From NCBI GenBank assembly GCA_032718475.1, contig JAUCBJ010003090.1, positions 1-51,119 on the forward strand: a stretch of 51,119 nucleotides of DNA, given 5' to 3'. The notes below the pieces were generated by a model. That model saw nothing but the letters and a program-made list of their open reading frames with translations, did not search any database and was not told where the DNA came from. Origin of the DNA: Nemertoderma westbladi (taxonomy: Eukaryota > Animalia > Xenacoelomorpha). The position numbers were made by a program, and so were the translations under genes. Below, piece after piece: positions 33,835-48,624 of this stretch (positions are counted from its first letter, which is position 1; every line of letters begins with the position of its first letter).

Positions 33835-36800
33835 GTTCATACAATTAGGGGGAACGCTGTTCATACAATTAGGGGAACGCTGTTCATACAATTAGGGGGA
33901 ACGCTGTTCATACAATTAGGGGAACGTTGTTCATACAATTAGGGGGGACGCTGTTCATACAATTAGGGGAACGCTGTTCATACAATTAGGGGAACGCTGT
34001 TCATACAATTAGGGGGAACGCTGTTCATACAATTAGGGGCAACGCTGTTCATACAATTAGGGGAACGCTGTTCATACAATTAGGGGGAACGCTGTTCATA
34101 CAATTAGGGGGAACGCTGTTCATACAATTAGGGGCAACGCTGTTCATACAATTAGGGGAACGCTGTTCATACAATTAGGGGGAACGCTGTTCATACAATT
34201 AGGGGAACGCTGTTCATACAATTAGGGGGAACGCTGTTCATACAATTAGGGGAACGTTGTTCATACAATTAGGGGGGACGCTGTTCATACAATTAGGGGA
34301 ACGCTGTTCATACAATTAGGGGAACGCTGTTCATACAATTAGGGGGAACGCTGTTCATACAATTAGGGGCAACGCTGTTCATACAATTAGGGGAACGCTG
34401 TTCATACAATTAGGGGAACGCTGTTCATACAATTAGGGGGAACGCTGTTCATACAATTAGGGGGAACGCTGTTCATACAATTAGGGGCAACGCTGTTCAT
34501 ACAATTAGGGGAACGCTGTTCATACAATTAGGGGGGACGCTGTTCATTCAATTAGGGGGAACGCGGTTCATTCAATTAGGGGGAACGCTGTTCATACAAT
34601 TAGGGGGAACGCGGTTCATACAATTAGGGGGAACGCTGTTCATACAATTAGGGGCAACGCTGTTCATACAATTAGGGGAACGCTGTTCATACAATTAGGG
34701 GGGACGCTGTTCATTCAATTAGGGGGAACGCGGTTCATTCAATTAGGGGGAACGCGGTTCATACAATTAGGGGAACGCTGTTCATACAATTAGGGGGGAC
34801 GCTGTTCATTCAATTAGGGGGAACGCGGTTCATTCAATTAGGGGAACGCTGTTCATACAATTAGGGGAACGCTGTTCATACAATTAGGGGGAACGCTGTT
34901 CATACAATTAGGGGGAACGCTGTTCATACAATTAGGGGCAACGCTGTTCATACAATTAGGGGAACGCTGTTCATACAATTAGGGGGGACGCTGTTCATAC
35001 AATTAAGGGAACGCTGTTCATACAATTAGGGGGAACGCTGTTCATACAATTAGGGGAACGCTGTTCATACAATTAGGGGGGACGCTGTTCATACAATTAG
35101 GGGCAACGCTGTTCATACAATTAGGGGAACGCTGTTCATACAATTAGGGGGAACGCTGTTCATACAATTAGGGGCAACGCTGTTCATACAATTAGGGGGA
35201 ACGCTGTTCATACAATTAGGGGGAACGCGGTTCATTCAATTAGGGGGAACGCTGTTCATACAATTAGGGGAACGCTGTTCATACAATTAGGGGGAACGCT
35301 GTTCATACAATTAGGGGCAACGCTGTTCATATAATTAGGGGAACGCTGTTCATACAATTAGGGGAACGCTGTTCATACAATTAGGGGGAACGCTGTTCAT
35401 ACAATTAGGGGGAACGCTGTTCATACAATTAGGGGAACGCTGTTCATACAATTAGGGGAACGCTGTTCATACAATTAGGGGGAACGCTGTTCATACAATT
35501 AGGGGGACGCTGTTCATTCAAATAGGGGGAACACTGTTCATACAATTAGGGGGACGCTGTTCATACAATTAGGGGGAACGCTGTTCATACAATTAGGGGC
35601 AACGCTGTTCATACAATTAGGGGAACGCTGTTCATACAACTAGGGGAACGCTGTTCATACAATTAGGGGCAACGCTGTTCATACAATTAGGAGAACGCTG
35701 TTCATATAATTAGGGGAACGCTGTTCATACAATTAGGGGGAACGCTGTTGATACAATTAGGGGGGACGCTGTTCATACAATTAGGGGCAACGCTGTTCAT
35801 ACAATTAGGGGAACGCTGTTCATACAACTAGGGGAACGCTGTTCATACAATTAGGGGCAACGCTGTTCATACAATTAGGGGAACGCTGTTCATACAACTA
35901 GGGGAACGCTGTTCATACAATTAGGGGCAACGCTGTTCATACAATTAGGAGAACGCTGTTCATATAATTAGGGGAACGCTGTTCATACAATTAGGGGGAA
36001 CGCTGTTGATACAATTAGGGGGAACGCTGTTCATACACTTAGGGGGAACGCTGTTCATACAATTAGGGGGGACGCTGTTCATACAATTAGGGGGAACGCT
36101 GTTCATACAACTAGGGGAACGCTGTTCATACAATTAGGGGCAACGCTGTTCATACAATTAGGGGAACGCTGTTCATACAACTAGGGGAACGCTGTTCATA
36201 CAATTAGGGGCAACGCTGTTCATACAATTAGGGGAACGCTGTTCATACAACTAGGGGAACGCTGTTCATACAATTAGGGGCAACGCTGTTCATACAATTA
36301 GGAGAACGCTGTTCATATAATTAGGGGAACGCTGTTCATACAATTAGGGGGAACGCTGTTGATACAATTAGGGGGAACGCTGTTCATACACTTAGGGGGA
36401 ACGCTGTTCATACAATTAGGGGGGACGCTGTTCATACAATTAGGGGGAACGCTGTTCATACAATTAGGGGAACGCTGTTCATTCAATTAGGGGGGACGCT
36501 GTTCATACAATTAGGGGGAACGCGGTTCATACAATTAGGGGGAACGCTGTTCATACAATTAGGGGGAACGCGGTTCATTCAATTAGGGGGAGCGCTGTTC
36601 ATACAATTAGGGGGAACTCTGTTAACGCTGTTCATACAATTAGGGGGAACGCTGTTCATACAATTAGGGGGAACGCTGTTCATACAATTAGGGGAACGCT
36701 GTTCATACAATTAGGGGAAACGCTGTTCATACAATTAGGGGAACGCTGTTCATACAATTAGGGGGAACGCTGTTCATACAATTAGGGGAATGCTGTTCAT

Positions 36801-39800
36801 ACAATTAGGGGCAACGCTGTTCATACAATTAGGGGGAACGCTGTTCATACAATTAGGGGGAACGCGGTTCATTCAATTAGGGGGAGCGCTGTTCATACAA
36901 TTAGGGGGGACGCTGTTCATACAATTAGGGGCAACGCTGTTCATACAATTAGGGGGAACGCTGTTCATACAATTAGGGGAACGCTGTTCATACAATTAGG
37001 GGGAACGCTGTTCATACAATTAGGGGAACGCTGTTCATACAATTAGGGGGAACGCTGTTCATACAATTAGGGGAATGCTGTTCATACAATTAGGGGGAAC
37101 GCTGTTCATACAATTAGGGGGAACGCGGTTCATTCAATTAGGGGGAACGCTGTTCATACAATTAGGGGAACGCTGTTCATACAATTAGGGGGAACGCGGT
37201 TCATTCAATTAGGGGGAACGCTGTTCATGCAATTAGGGGAACGCTGTTCATACAATTAGGGGCAACGCTGTTCATACAATTAGGGGGAACGCTGTTCATA
37301 CAATTAGGGGCAACGCTGTTCATACAATTAGGGGGAACGCGGTTCATTCAATTAGGGGGAACGCTGTTCATACAATTAGGGGAACGCTGTTCATACAATT
37401 AGGGGGAACGCTGTTCATACAATTAGGGGGAACGCGGTTCATTCAATTAGGGGGAACGCTGTTCATACAATTAGGGGGAACGCGGTTCATTCAATTAGGG
37501 GGAACGCTGTTCATACAATTAGGGGAACGCTGTTCATACAATTAGGGGGAACGCTGTTCATACAATTAGGGGGAACGCTGTTCATACAATTAGGGGGAAC
37601 GCGGTTCATTCAATTAGGGGGAACGCTGTTCATACAATTAGGGGAACGCTGTTCATACAATTAGGGGGAACGCGGTTCATTCAATTAGGGGGAACGCTGT
37701 TCATGCAATTAGGGGAACGCTGTTCATACAATTAGGGGGAACGCTGTTCATACAATTAGGGGGAACGCGGTTCATTCAATTAGGGGGAACGCTGTTCATG
37801 CAATTAGGGGAACGCTGTTCATACAATTAGGGGGAACGCTGTTCATACAATTAGGGGGAACGCTGTTCATACAATTAGGGGAACGCTGTTCATACAATTA
37901 GGGGGAACGCTGTTCATACAATTAGGGGGGACGCTGTTCATACAATTAGGGGGAACGCTGTTCATACAATTAGGGGGAACGCTGTTCATACAATTAGGGG
38001 GAACGCTGTTCATACAATTAGGGGGAACGCTGTTCATACAATTAGGGGGAACGCTGTTCATACAATTAGGGGGAACGCTGTTCATACAATTAGGGGGGAC
38101 GCTGTTCATACAATTAGGGGGAACGCTGTTCATACAATTAGGGGGAACGCTGTTCATACAATTAGGGGGAACGCTGTTCATACAATTAGGGGGAACGCTG
38201 TTCATACAATTAGGGGGAACGCGGTTCATTCAATTAGGGGAACGCTGTTCATACAATTAGGGGGAACGCTGTTCATACAATTAGGGGGAACGCTGTTCAT
38301 ACAATTAGGGGGAACGCGGTTCATTCAATTAGGGGGAGCGCTGTTCATACAATTAGGGGGAACTTTGTTAACGCTGTTCATACAATTAGGGGGAACGCTG
38401 TTCATACAATTAGGGGGAACGCGGTTCATTCAATTAGGGGGAACGCTGTTCATACAATTAGGGGAACGCTGTTCATACAATTAGGGGGAACGCTGTTCAT
38501 ACAATTAGGGGGAACTCTGTTCATTCAATTAGGGGGAACGCTGTTCATACAATTAGGGGGAACTCTGTTCATTCAATTAGGGGGAACGCTGTTCATACAA
38601 TTAGGGGAACGCTGTTCATACAATTAGGGGGAACGCTGTTCATACAATTAGGGGAACGCTGTTCATACAATTAGGGGGGACGCTGTTCATACAATTAGGG
38701 GGAACGCTGTTCATACAATTAGGGGCAACGCTGTTCATACAATTAGGGGGAACGCGGTTCATTCAATTAGGGGGAGCGCTGTTCATACAATTAGGGGAAC
38801 GCTGTTCATACAATTAGGGGCAACGCTGTTCATTCAATTAGGGGGAACGCTGTTCATACAATTAGGGGGACGCTGTTCATACAATTAGGGGAACGCTGTT
38901 CATACAATTAGGGGGAACGCGGTTCATTCAATTAGGGGGAACGCTGTTCATACAATTAGGGGAACGCTGTTCATACAATTAGGGGGAACTCTGTTAACGC
39001 TGTTCATACAATTAGGGGGAACGCTGTTCATACAATTAGGGGGAACGCTGTTCATACAATTAGGGGAACGCTGTTCATACAATTAGGGGGAACGCTGTTC
39101 ATACAATTAGGGGAACGCTGTTCATACAATTAGGGGTAACGCGGTTCATTCAATTAGGTGGAACGCTGTTCATACAATTAGGGGAACGCTGTTCATACAA
39201 TTAGGGGGAACGCTGTTCATACAATTAGGGGGAACGCGGTTCATTCAATTAGGGGGAACGCTGTTCATACAATTAGGGGGAACGCGGTTCATTCTATTAG
39301 GGGGAACGCTGTTCATACAATTAGGGGAACGCTGTTCATACAATTAGGGGGAACGCTGTTCATACAATTAGGGGGAACGCTGTTCATACAATTAGGGGGA
39401 ACGCGGTTCATTCAATTAGGGGGGACGCTGTTCATACAATTAGGGGGGACGCTGTTCATACAATTAGGGGGAACGCTGTTCATACAATTAGGGGGACGCT
39501 GTTCATACAATTAGGGGAACGCTGTTCATACAATTAGGGGGAACGCGGTTCATTCAATTAGGGGGAACGCTGTTCATGCAATTAGGGGAACGCTGTTCAT
39601 ACAATTAGGGGGAACGCTGTTCATACAATTAGGGGGAACGCGGTTCATACAATTAGGGGAACGCTGTTCATACAATTAGGGGCAACGCTGTTCATACAAT
39701 TAGGGGAACGCTGTTCATACAATTAGGGGAACGCTGTTCATACAATTAGGGGGAACGCTGTTCATACAATTAGGGGAACGCTGTTCATACAATTAGGGGG

Positions 39801-42800
39801 GACGGTGTTCATACAATTAGGGGGAACGCGGTTCATACAATTAGGGGGAACGCTGTTCATACAATTAGGGGAACGCTGTTCATACAATTAGGGGCAACGC
39901 TGTTCATACAATTAGGGGAACGCTGTTCATACAATTAGGGGAACGCTGTTCATACAATTAGGGGGAACGCTGTTCATACAATTAGGGGAACGCTGTTCAT
40001 ACAATTAGGGGGGACGCTGTTCATACAATTAGGGGGAACGCGGTTCATACAATTAGGGGGAACGCTGTTCTTACAATTAGGGGGAACGCTGTTCATACAA
40101 TTAGGGGAACGCTGTTCATACAATTAGGGGAACGCTGTTCATACAATTAGGGGCAACGCTGTTCATACAATTAGGGGAACGCTGTTCATACAATTAGGGG
40201 AACGCTGTTCATACAATTAGGGGGAACGCTGTTCATACAATTAGGGGAACGCTGTTCATACAATTAGGGGGGACGCTGTTCATACAATTAGGGGGAACGC
40301 GGTTCATACAATTAGGGGGGACGCTGTTCTTACAATTAGGGGGAACGCTGTTCATACAATTAGGGCGAACGCTGTTCATACAATTAGGGGGAACGCGGTT
40401 CATTCAATTAGGGGGAGCGCTGTTCATACAATTAGGGGGAACTCTGTTAACGCTGTTCATACAATTAGGGGGAACGCTGTTCATACAATTAGGGGGAACG
40501 CTGTTCGTACAATTAGGGGAACGCTGTTCATACAATTAGGGGGAACGCTGTTCATACAATTAGGGGAACGCTGTTCATACAATTAGGGGGAACGCTGTTC
40601 ATACAATTAGGGGAACGCTGTTCATACAATTAGGGGGGACGCTGTTCATACAATTAGGGGGAACGCTGTTCATACAATTAGGGGCAACGCTGTTCATACA
40701 ATTAGGGGGAACGCTGTTCATACAATTAGGGGGAACGCGGTTCATTCAATTAGGGGGAACGCTGTTCATACAATTAGGGGAACGCTGTTCATACAATTAG
40801 GGGCAACGCTGTTCATTCAATTAGGGGGAACGCTGTTCATTCAATTAGGGGAACGCTGTTCATACAATTAGGGGGACGCTGTTCATACAATTAGGGGGAA
40901 CGCTGTTCATACAATTAGGGGGAACGCTGTTCATACAATTAGGGGGAACGCGGTTCATTCAATTAGGGGGAACGCTGTTCATACAATTAGGGGAACGCTG
41001 TTCATACAATTAGGGGAACGCTGTTCATACAATTAGGGGGAACGCTGTTCATTCAATTAGGGGAACGCTGTTCATACAATTAGGGGAACGCTGTTCATAC
41101 AATTAGGGGGAACGCGGTTCATTCAATTAGGGGGAACGCTGTTCATACAATTAGGGGAACGCTGTTCATACAATTAGGGGGAACGCTGTTCATACAATTA
41201 GGGGGAACGCGGTTCATTCAATTAGGGGGAACGCTGTTCATACAATTAGGGGGAACGCGGTTCATTCAATTAGGGGGAACGCTGTTCATACAATTAGGGG
41301 AACGCTGTTCATACAATTAGGGGGAACGCTGTTCATACAATTAGGGGGAACGCTGTTCATACAATTAGGGGGAACGCGGTTCATTCAATTAGGGGGGACG
41401 CTGTTCATACAATTAGGGGGACGCTGTTCATACAATTAGGGGAACGCTGTTCATACAATTAGGGGGACGCTGTTCATACAACTAGGGGAACGCTGTTCAT
41501 ACAATTAGGGGAACGCTGTTCATACAATTAGGGGAACGCTGTTCATACAATTAGGGGGGACGCTGTTCATACAATTAGGGGGAACGCTGTTCATACAATT
41601 AGGGGGAACGCTGTTCATACAATTAGGGGAACGCTGTTCATACAATTAGGGGGGACGCTGTTCATACAATTAGGGGGACGCTGTTCATACAATTAGGGGA
41701 ACGCTGTTCATACAATTAGGGGGGACGCTGTTCATACAATTAGGGGGGACGCTGTTCATACAATTAGGGGGGACGCTGTTCATACAATTAGGGGGAACGC
41801 TGTTCATACAATTAGGGGAACGCTGTTCATACAATTAGGGGAACGCTGTTCATACAATTAGGGGAAACGCGGTTCATTCAATTAGGGGGAACGCTGTTCA
41901 TACAATTAGGGGAACGCTGTTCATACAATTAGGGGGAACGCTGTTCATACAATTAGGGGAACGCTGTTCATACAATTAGGGGAACGCTGTTCATACAATT
42001 AGGGGAAACGCGGTTCATTCAATTAGGGGGAACGCTGTTCATACAATTAGGGGAACGCTGTTCATACAATTAGGGGGACGCTGTTCATACAATTAGGGGG
42101 AACTCTGTTCATACAATTAAGGGGAACGCTGTTCATACAATTAGGGGGAACGCTGTTCATACAATTAGGGGAACGCTGTTCATACAATTAGGGGAACGCT
42201 GTTCATACAATTAGGGGGAACGCGGTTCATTCAATTAGGGGGAACGCTGTTCATACAATTAGGGGAACGCTGTTCATACAATTAGGGGAACGCTGTTCAT
42301 ACAATTAGGGGAAACGCGGTTCATTCAATTAGGGGGAACGCTGTTCATACAATTAGGGGAACGCTGTTCATACAATTAGGGGAACGCTGTTCATACAATT
42401 AGGGGGAACGCGGTTCATTCAATTAGGGGGAACGCTGTTCATACAATTAGGGGAACGCTGTTCATACAATTAGGGGGACGCTGTTCATACAATTAGGGGA
42501 ACGCTGTTCATACAATTAGGGGGAACGCTGTTCATACAATTAGGGGAACGCTGTTCATACAATTAGGGGAACGCTGTTCATACAATTAGGGGAACGCTGT
42601 TCATACAATTAGGGGGAACGCGGTTCATTCAATTAGGGGGAACGCTGTTCATACAATTAGGGGAACGCTGTTTATACAATTAGGGGAACGCTGTTCATAC
42701 AATTAGGGGGAACGCTGTTCATACAATTAGGGGAACGCTGTTCATACAATTAGGGGAACGCTGTTCATACAATTAGGGGGAACGCTGTTCATACAATTAG

Positions 42801-43072
42801 GGGAACGCTGTTCATACAATTAGGGGGAACGCTGTTCATACAATTAGGGGAACGCTGTTCATACAATTAGGGGAACGCTGTTCATACAATTAGGGGGAAC
42901 GCTGTTCATACAATTAGGGGAACTCTGTTCATACAATTAGGGGGAACGCTGTTCATACAATTAGGGGGGACGCTGTTCATACAATTAGGGGGACGCTGTT
43001 CATACAATTAGGGGAACGCTGTTCATACAATTAGGGGGAACGCTGTTCATACAATTAGGGGGAAGGCTGTTC
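33835..43072 (+). repeat. 23/24-bp satellite GTTCATACAATTAGGGG(G)AACGCT, roughly 390 copies
   Basis: Directly visible 9.2-kb tandem array; copy number estimated as length divided by unit size. Confidence 0.99.
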
Positions 43073-43451
43073 CCACTCCTTTGCAAGGGCCGACATTATA
43101 CATAGATACAATACATCGCGATTCAATGGCTTTTAATAATGCCATTACAAATAGAGCTGCAATAATTTAGAATTTTTAACTCATCGTATTTTATATTGTA
43201 TCACAATGTACGTATAAATAGACCAGGTCCATCCAGCCTTTAACCTTTTTAATTTTCAGTTTAATATGTAACTCCGGTGCGATTTCACTGCCTTTAGTAC
43301 AGCTTGCTGGTTTAAGGTTAATGAGTGATAGGTAACGAATAAGGGAATATATTATGAGCGACCATTGTTTCATCGTTAAGTGAATAACATAGATAATAAA
43401 TAAAGACAAGCAATTACAGTGTTTTAGTAGTTCCAGTTATGTATTACTGAA

Positions 43452-45688
43452 CGAAGTTAGGACAATTCGTACCGGACAATTCGTACCGGACAATTCATAC
43501 CGGACAATTCGTACCCGGACAATTTGTACCGGACAATTCGTACTGGACAATTGGTACCGGACAATTCGTACTGGACAATTCGTACCGGACAATTCGTACT
43601 GGACAATTCGTACCGGACAATTCGTACCGGACAATTCGTACCCGGAAAATTCGTACCGGACAATTCGTACCGGACAATTCGTACTGGACAATTCGTACCG
43701 GACAATTCGTACTGGACAATTCGTACCGGACAATTCGTACTGGACAATTCGTACCGGACAATTCGTACCGGACAATTCGTACCCGGAAAATTCGTACCGG
43801 ACAATTTGTACTGGACAATTCGTACCCGGAAAATTCGTACCGGACAATTCGTACTGGACAATTCGTACCGGACAATTCGTACCGGACAATTCGTACCGGA
43901 CAATTCGTACCCGGAAAATTCGTACCGGACAATTCGTACTGGACAATTCGTACCGGACAATTCGTACTGGACAATTCGTACCGGACAATTCGTACTGGAC
44001 AATTCGTACCGGACAATTTGTACCGGACAATTCGTACCCGGACAATTTGTACCGGACAATTCGTACTGGACAATTGGTACCGGACAATTCGTACTGGACA
44101 ATTCGTACCGGACAATTCGTACTGGACAATTCGTACCGGACAATTCGTACCGGACAATTCGTACCCGGAAAATTCGTACCGGACAATTCGTACCGGACAA
44201 TTCGTACTGGACAATTCGTACCGGACAATTCGTACTGGACAATTCGTACCGGACAATTCGTACTGGACAATTCGTACCGGACAATTCGTACCGGACAATT
44301 CGTACCCGGAAAATTCGTACCGGACAATTTGTACTGGACAATTCGTACCCGGAAAATTCGTACCGGACAATTCGTACTGGACAATTCGTACCGGACAATT
44401 CGTACCGGACAATTCGTACCGGACAATTCGTACCCGGACAATTCGTACCCGGAAAATTCGTACCGGACAATTCGTACTGGACAATTCGTACCCGGAAAAT
44501 TCGTACTGGACAATTCGTACTGGACAATTCGTACCGGACAATTCGTACCGGACAATTCGTACCGGACAATTCGTACCGGACAATTCGTACCGGACAATTC
44601 GTACCCAGAAAATTCGTACCGGACAATTCGTACTGGACAATTCGTACCCGGAAAATTCGTACCGGACAATTCGTACTGGACAATTCATACCGGACAATTC
44701 GTACCGGACAATTCGTACCGGACAATTCGTACTGGACAATTCGTACTGGACAATTCGTACCCGGAAAATTCGTACCGGACAATTCGTACTGGACAATTCG
44801 TACCCGGAAAATTCGTACCGGACAATTCGTACTGGACAATTCGTACCCGGAAAATTCGTACCGGACAATTCGTACCGGACAATTCGTACCGGAAAATTCG
44901 TACCCGGAAAATTCGTACCGGACAATTCGTACCGGACAATTCGTACCCGGAAAATTCGTACCGGACAATTCGTACTGGACAATTCATACCCGGAAAATTC
45001 GTACCGGACAATTCGTACTGGACAATTCGTACCCTGGTAGTTCGTACCCGGAAAATTCGTACCGGACAATTCGTGCCTGGAAAATTCGTACCGGACAATT
45101 CGTACCGGACAATTCGCACCTGACAATTCGTACCGAACAATTCGTACCGGACAATTCGTACCGGACAATTCGTACCGGATAATTCGTACCCGGAAAATTC
45201 GTACCGGACAATTCGTACCCGGAAAATTCGTACCGGACAATTCGTACCGGACAATTCGTACCAGACAATTCGTACCGAAAAATTCGTACCGGACAATTCG
45301 TACCCGGAAAATTTGTACCGGACAATTCGTACCCTGACAGTTCGTACCCGAAATTTTTCTAGAACAAATAATTGACCTTCTAACAGTAGGATGTTATATT
45401 TTCCCAAAAAATGTTCTAGAAAATAATGTATCTAGAACAAAAATATTTATCAAAATTGATAACTAATACGTGTTCTATAACATTTATAAAAAATTAGCAA
45501 AATCTAGCTACAGGATGTCGTATAATCAATATATGGCGTACCTACTTTCACTAGTCAGTACCCGGACAATTCGTACCCGTCGAAAAAAATTCGGGTACAA
45601 ATTAACCGGTTACGAATTGTCTGGGTACGAATTGTCCGGTACGAATTGTCAGGGTACAAATTGTCCGGGTACGAATTGTCCGGAGACC
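43452..45688. mobile_element. Foldback MITE whose left arm is an expanded 14/15-bp array (GGACAATTCGTACC)n
   Basis: 8-bp TSD TTACTGAA (43444-43451, 45689-45696); array ~43460-45350; inverted copies of the unit at ~45590-45682. Confidence 0.9.
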
Positions 45689-46684
45689 TTACTGAATCAA
45701 TAATTAATTAATAATATTAGTACTGTACATAAGTACCTTGCTTAATTGACATAAGACCACTACAATTTTAATTATTGAATTCAACCCTGATCAAATACAT
45801 CTAGTATTTATCTTTATCTTTTGCCGAAACGCATTTTTTTTTGCCGAGATGAAACTTTTTAGCCGAATCGCGATTGTTGCCGAAACGCGGCAGTTGCCGA
45901 AACGCGATGTAACCGTTTACAGTGGCACCTAACAATAACCAAAACAATAAACGATTAAATATAGAACATGTTGCCGTTGTACAGTATTTTAGTGGGTAAA
46001 TGGTACAAGCCCTGTATAATTAAACATTTAAAAAAAACGAGACACGATATAAAAATAGGATAAATTAAAATATATTATAAAATGATATTTACAACTACCG
46101 CGGTATGGATTTATTAAAGTTTTCAAAGAGCGCCGCTCATTGAGGGTCACAGTCTACAGTTTAGAAGATGTAGCCGGTTGCTAACCGGATCTCCGCAATT
46201 CTTATTAGTAAATATAATGCTTCTCCAAATCCACTGTTATTAATAAAAATCTTAAATATCGTACATTGCAGTATTACAGTATTAAGTCAAGCATTTAGTT
46301 AAATACAAACAATCATGTTACCACTTACCGGTACCGCACCCCAACACCAAAACACAATCTAACAGTACAGCCTATAGAGCAGAACAAGACGGTAGGAGTC
46401 AGACAATCAGATGATTTGTAAAGGGTTCAATAAAAGGGCGTTAGATCACTTCCAACACTCGGCCTCGTCATTCATGCATCATTTATATTATAATAATAAG
46501 GAAAGTTAAGGTTGAATTTTTTTATTATCACTGAGAAATTTTTCAAAATTACTGCTTTGGTGATAAGAAAAGTAACTTTTTAACATCGTTATTAGAATCA
46601 GCACACACAAATACCCCGAAAAACACATTTTTTATAAGTTTGACCATCATGGAACGTTTTTATCAGGGGGGGTGGGGGGGGGGG

Positions 46685-47518
46685 TCATTTTTGTTCTAAA
46701 TTCAATGAATTTCTCCCTTGAAGAAGGCTTTGTCATTATATCTGCAATCATTTTGTTCGATGAGCAGTGTTCTAAAGTAACGAGTTTAATATTCACCATA
46801 TCTCGAACAAAGTGGTGTTTTATTTCAATGTGTTAATTTCTCCCATGAAATCGATGGTCTTTCGAAAGAGTAATACTTCCATTACTATCCTCATATAGTG
46901 TGGTAGATTTCCTTTGTTCAGAGTCCTCAACCATACCAGTTCTCTCGTGGCCAATCTCGCTGCGATGTATTCAGCTTCTGTGGTACTTTGTGCGACGGTT
47001 AACAATTCCATGAAATTAATGAATTGTTTATAATGAATGAGGCTTAGACATAGACTTTCGGTCATAGTTCCGACCCCAGTCGGCATCTATACATAACCGA
47101 CAAGTTTTGCAATTTTTACTTTAGATGATACAAATTCAACACCAATGTCTTGTGTTCCTTTGATGTATCGAATTATCCTTTTTACAGCTAACCAGTGTTC
47201 GTTACCAGGATTAGAACATAATTGATTAACGCTGTTGAGAGATGCAGCAATGTAGGGTCGCGTAGCACTTACAAGGTGATTTAGAGAACGTCTATATCGC
47301 CGCCTGATAACTTCTTTCATGAACCGGATCACCCTCGTTAGGGGACAGAGTAATACTAGGATCAATGGGTGTTGAAACAGATTTTCCATTCCAAAACACT
47401 TCAATATATCTTCAAGATAGCTCCTTTGAGATAACTTAATACTGCCATTACTTCTATTTCTTTCAATCTTTATACCTAAACACCATGTGGCTTCGCCGAT
47501 GTCTTTGAAGATCATCAA
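46685..47518 (-). pseudogene. Ty1/copia RT-RNase H remnant
   Basis: DIGEATWCLGIKI, LSQRSY, TRPYIA, HWLAVKRIIRYIKGT, AQSTTEAEYIA, HIEIKHHFVRD, MIADIMTK; frameshifts and stops. Possible 3' LTR start TGTTGG at 46457 (minus strand). Confidence 0.92.
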
Positions 47519-47529
47519 GTTGTTTCCAA

Positions 47530-48425
47530 TGTGTGTAAAAGCTTTTGCGGATATAACAGGTCATTTTTCTCCGCAATATACTGTGTAGGTGTTTTAGCGG
47601 ACATAACAAGCCATTTTCTCCGCAATGTACCGTGAAGGTGTTTTAGCGGACATAACAAGCCATTTTATGCCGCAATGCGCTAATACTCTAAATAGATTGT
47701 AGTTCAGATGACGAAATCTGTCAGCTGATTTACTGTCGATGTGGAACTTCTTTGTTCAGCTCGCTCAGCCAATCAGAGCGATTTTCATTTTATCTTGCAC
47801 AGAGGCCTACGGAAAACCGCGCAATGCATTACGGTCTTTGTTTACCTTTCTGAGCGAGAACAACTGCTTGGAGATTTTTCTGTACTTCTGTGTTAGAAGT
47901 TTCAGACTTTGGCCAACATTAGACGGCTTTGATTACAAGAACGTAAATCTATTATCAAACCAAACTACGGTCACACATCTGATGTTAAACATTGCTGTAT
48001 AATAAAACTGCATTATTTTACTGTCGGTTATTAATTGTTATATGTTGGTGTATATTGCTGATATATTTGGAGAATACCGATGAATAATCATAAAACCCTC
48101 AATCTTCTTGATTACTAAAGGTTAGAGGAACAGGTTTACCGGTAGCAACTGCGACTTACATTATAGTGGTTTTAGTGTGCATTAAATGCTATTTCATAAT
48201 CCCTACATGTGTCAGTTGCTATCCTCCTTATATATGGTTAAATTCAGTGACGGTCGGCAGTGTGAAGTCGTATGCAGCAGTGTGACAGATAATAAAGCAT
48301 CTCCTAAAGAATGCGATATTTACGAAAATCAGTAGCCATCTCGTTGTGTTTAGTATAAGTCATAACTCTGTTTTATACTTAAAGCGCCACGTCCTAAAGG
48401 AACTGTTAATATTTCCCTGAAAGTG
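47530..48425. repeat. Inverted diverged copy of the 893-1885 repeat; abuts and truncates the copia remnant
   Basis: ~49-bp subterminal repeats GTGTTTTAGCGGACATAACAAGCCATTTT; similarity to 893-1885. Confidence 0.7.
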
Positions 48426-48624
48426 AATAATATAAGGGCAGACTGACACCCTTATTGGATTGAGTGGTGATGTACAGGTACCGGTACTTCACTTGATGTA
48501 GGCAACTGACTGACAGACTGGCTGATCTCCAAAATAATTAGGCCTAACTCTGTAACTACCGTGATACCGGTAAGACGCTAAACTCGTTGGCCAGCACCGA
48601 CCCTCCGCACCAACTGTTCACAAA

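Larger units (their letters stand above)
32976..45914. mobile_element. 12.9-kb foldback (Mutator-like) element with modular TIRs
   Basis: Left GTTTCGGCAA repeats (32976-33160) are inverted relative to TTGCCGAAAC repeats (45815-45914); TSD TTTTACAG / GTTTACAG; the flanks rejoin into a copy of the 12050-12281 MITE. Confidence 0.8.

Noticed and set aside
36790-38229. ORFs LFIQLGGT... and NSVPPNCM...
   Set aside because: Runs of 24-bp satellite units in frame.
33835-43072. CRISPR array or true telomere
   Set aside because: Units abut with no unique spacers, there are no cas genes, and the context is eukaryotic; it is not a pure (TTAGGG)n tract and is internal.
43437-45703. Long ORFs (up to 581 aa) on both strands
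   Set aside because: Translations of a stop-free 14-bp tandem repeat.
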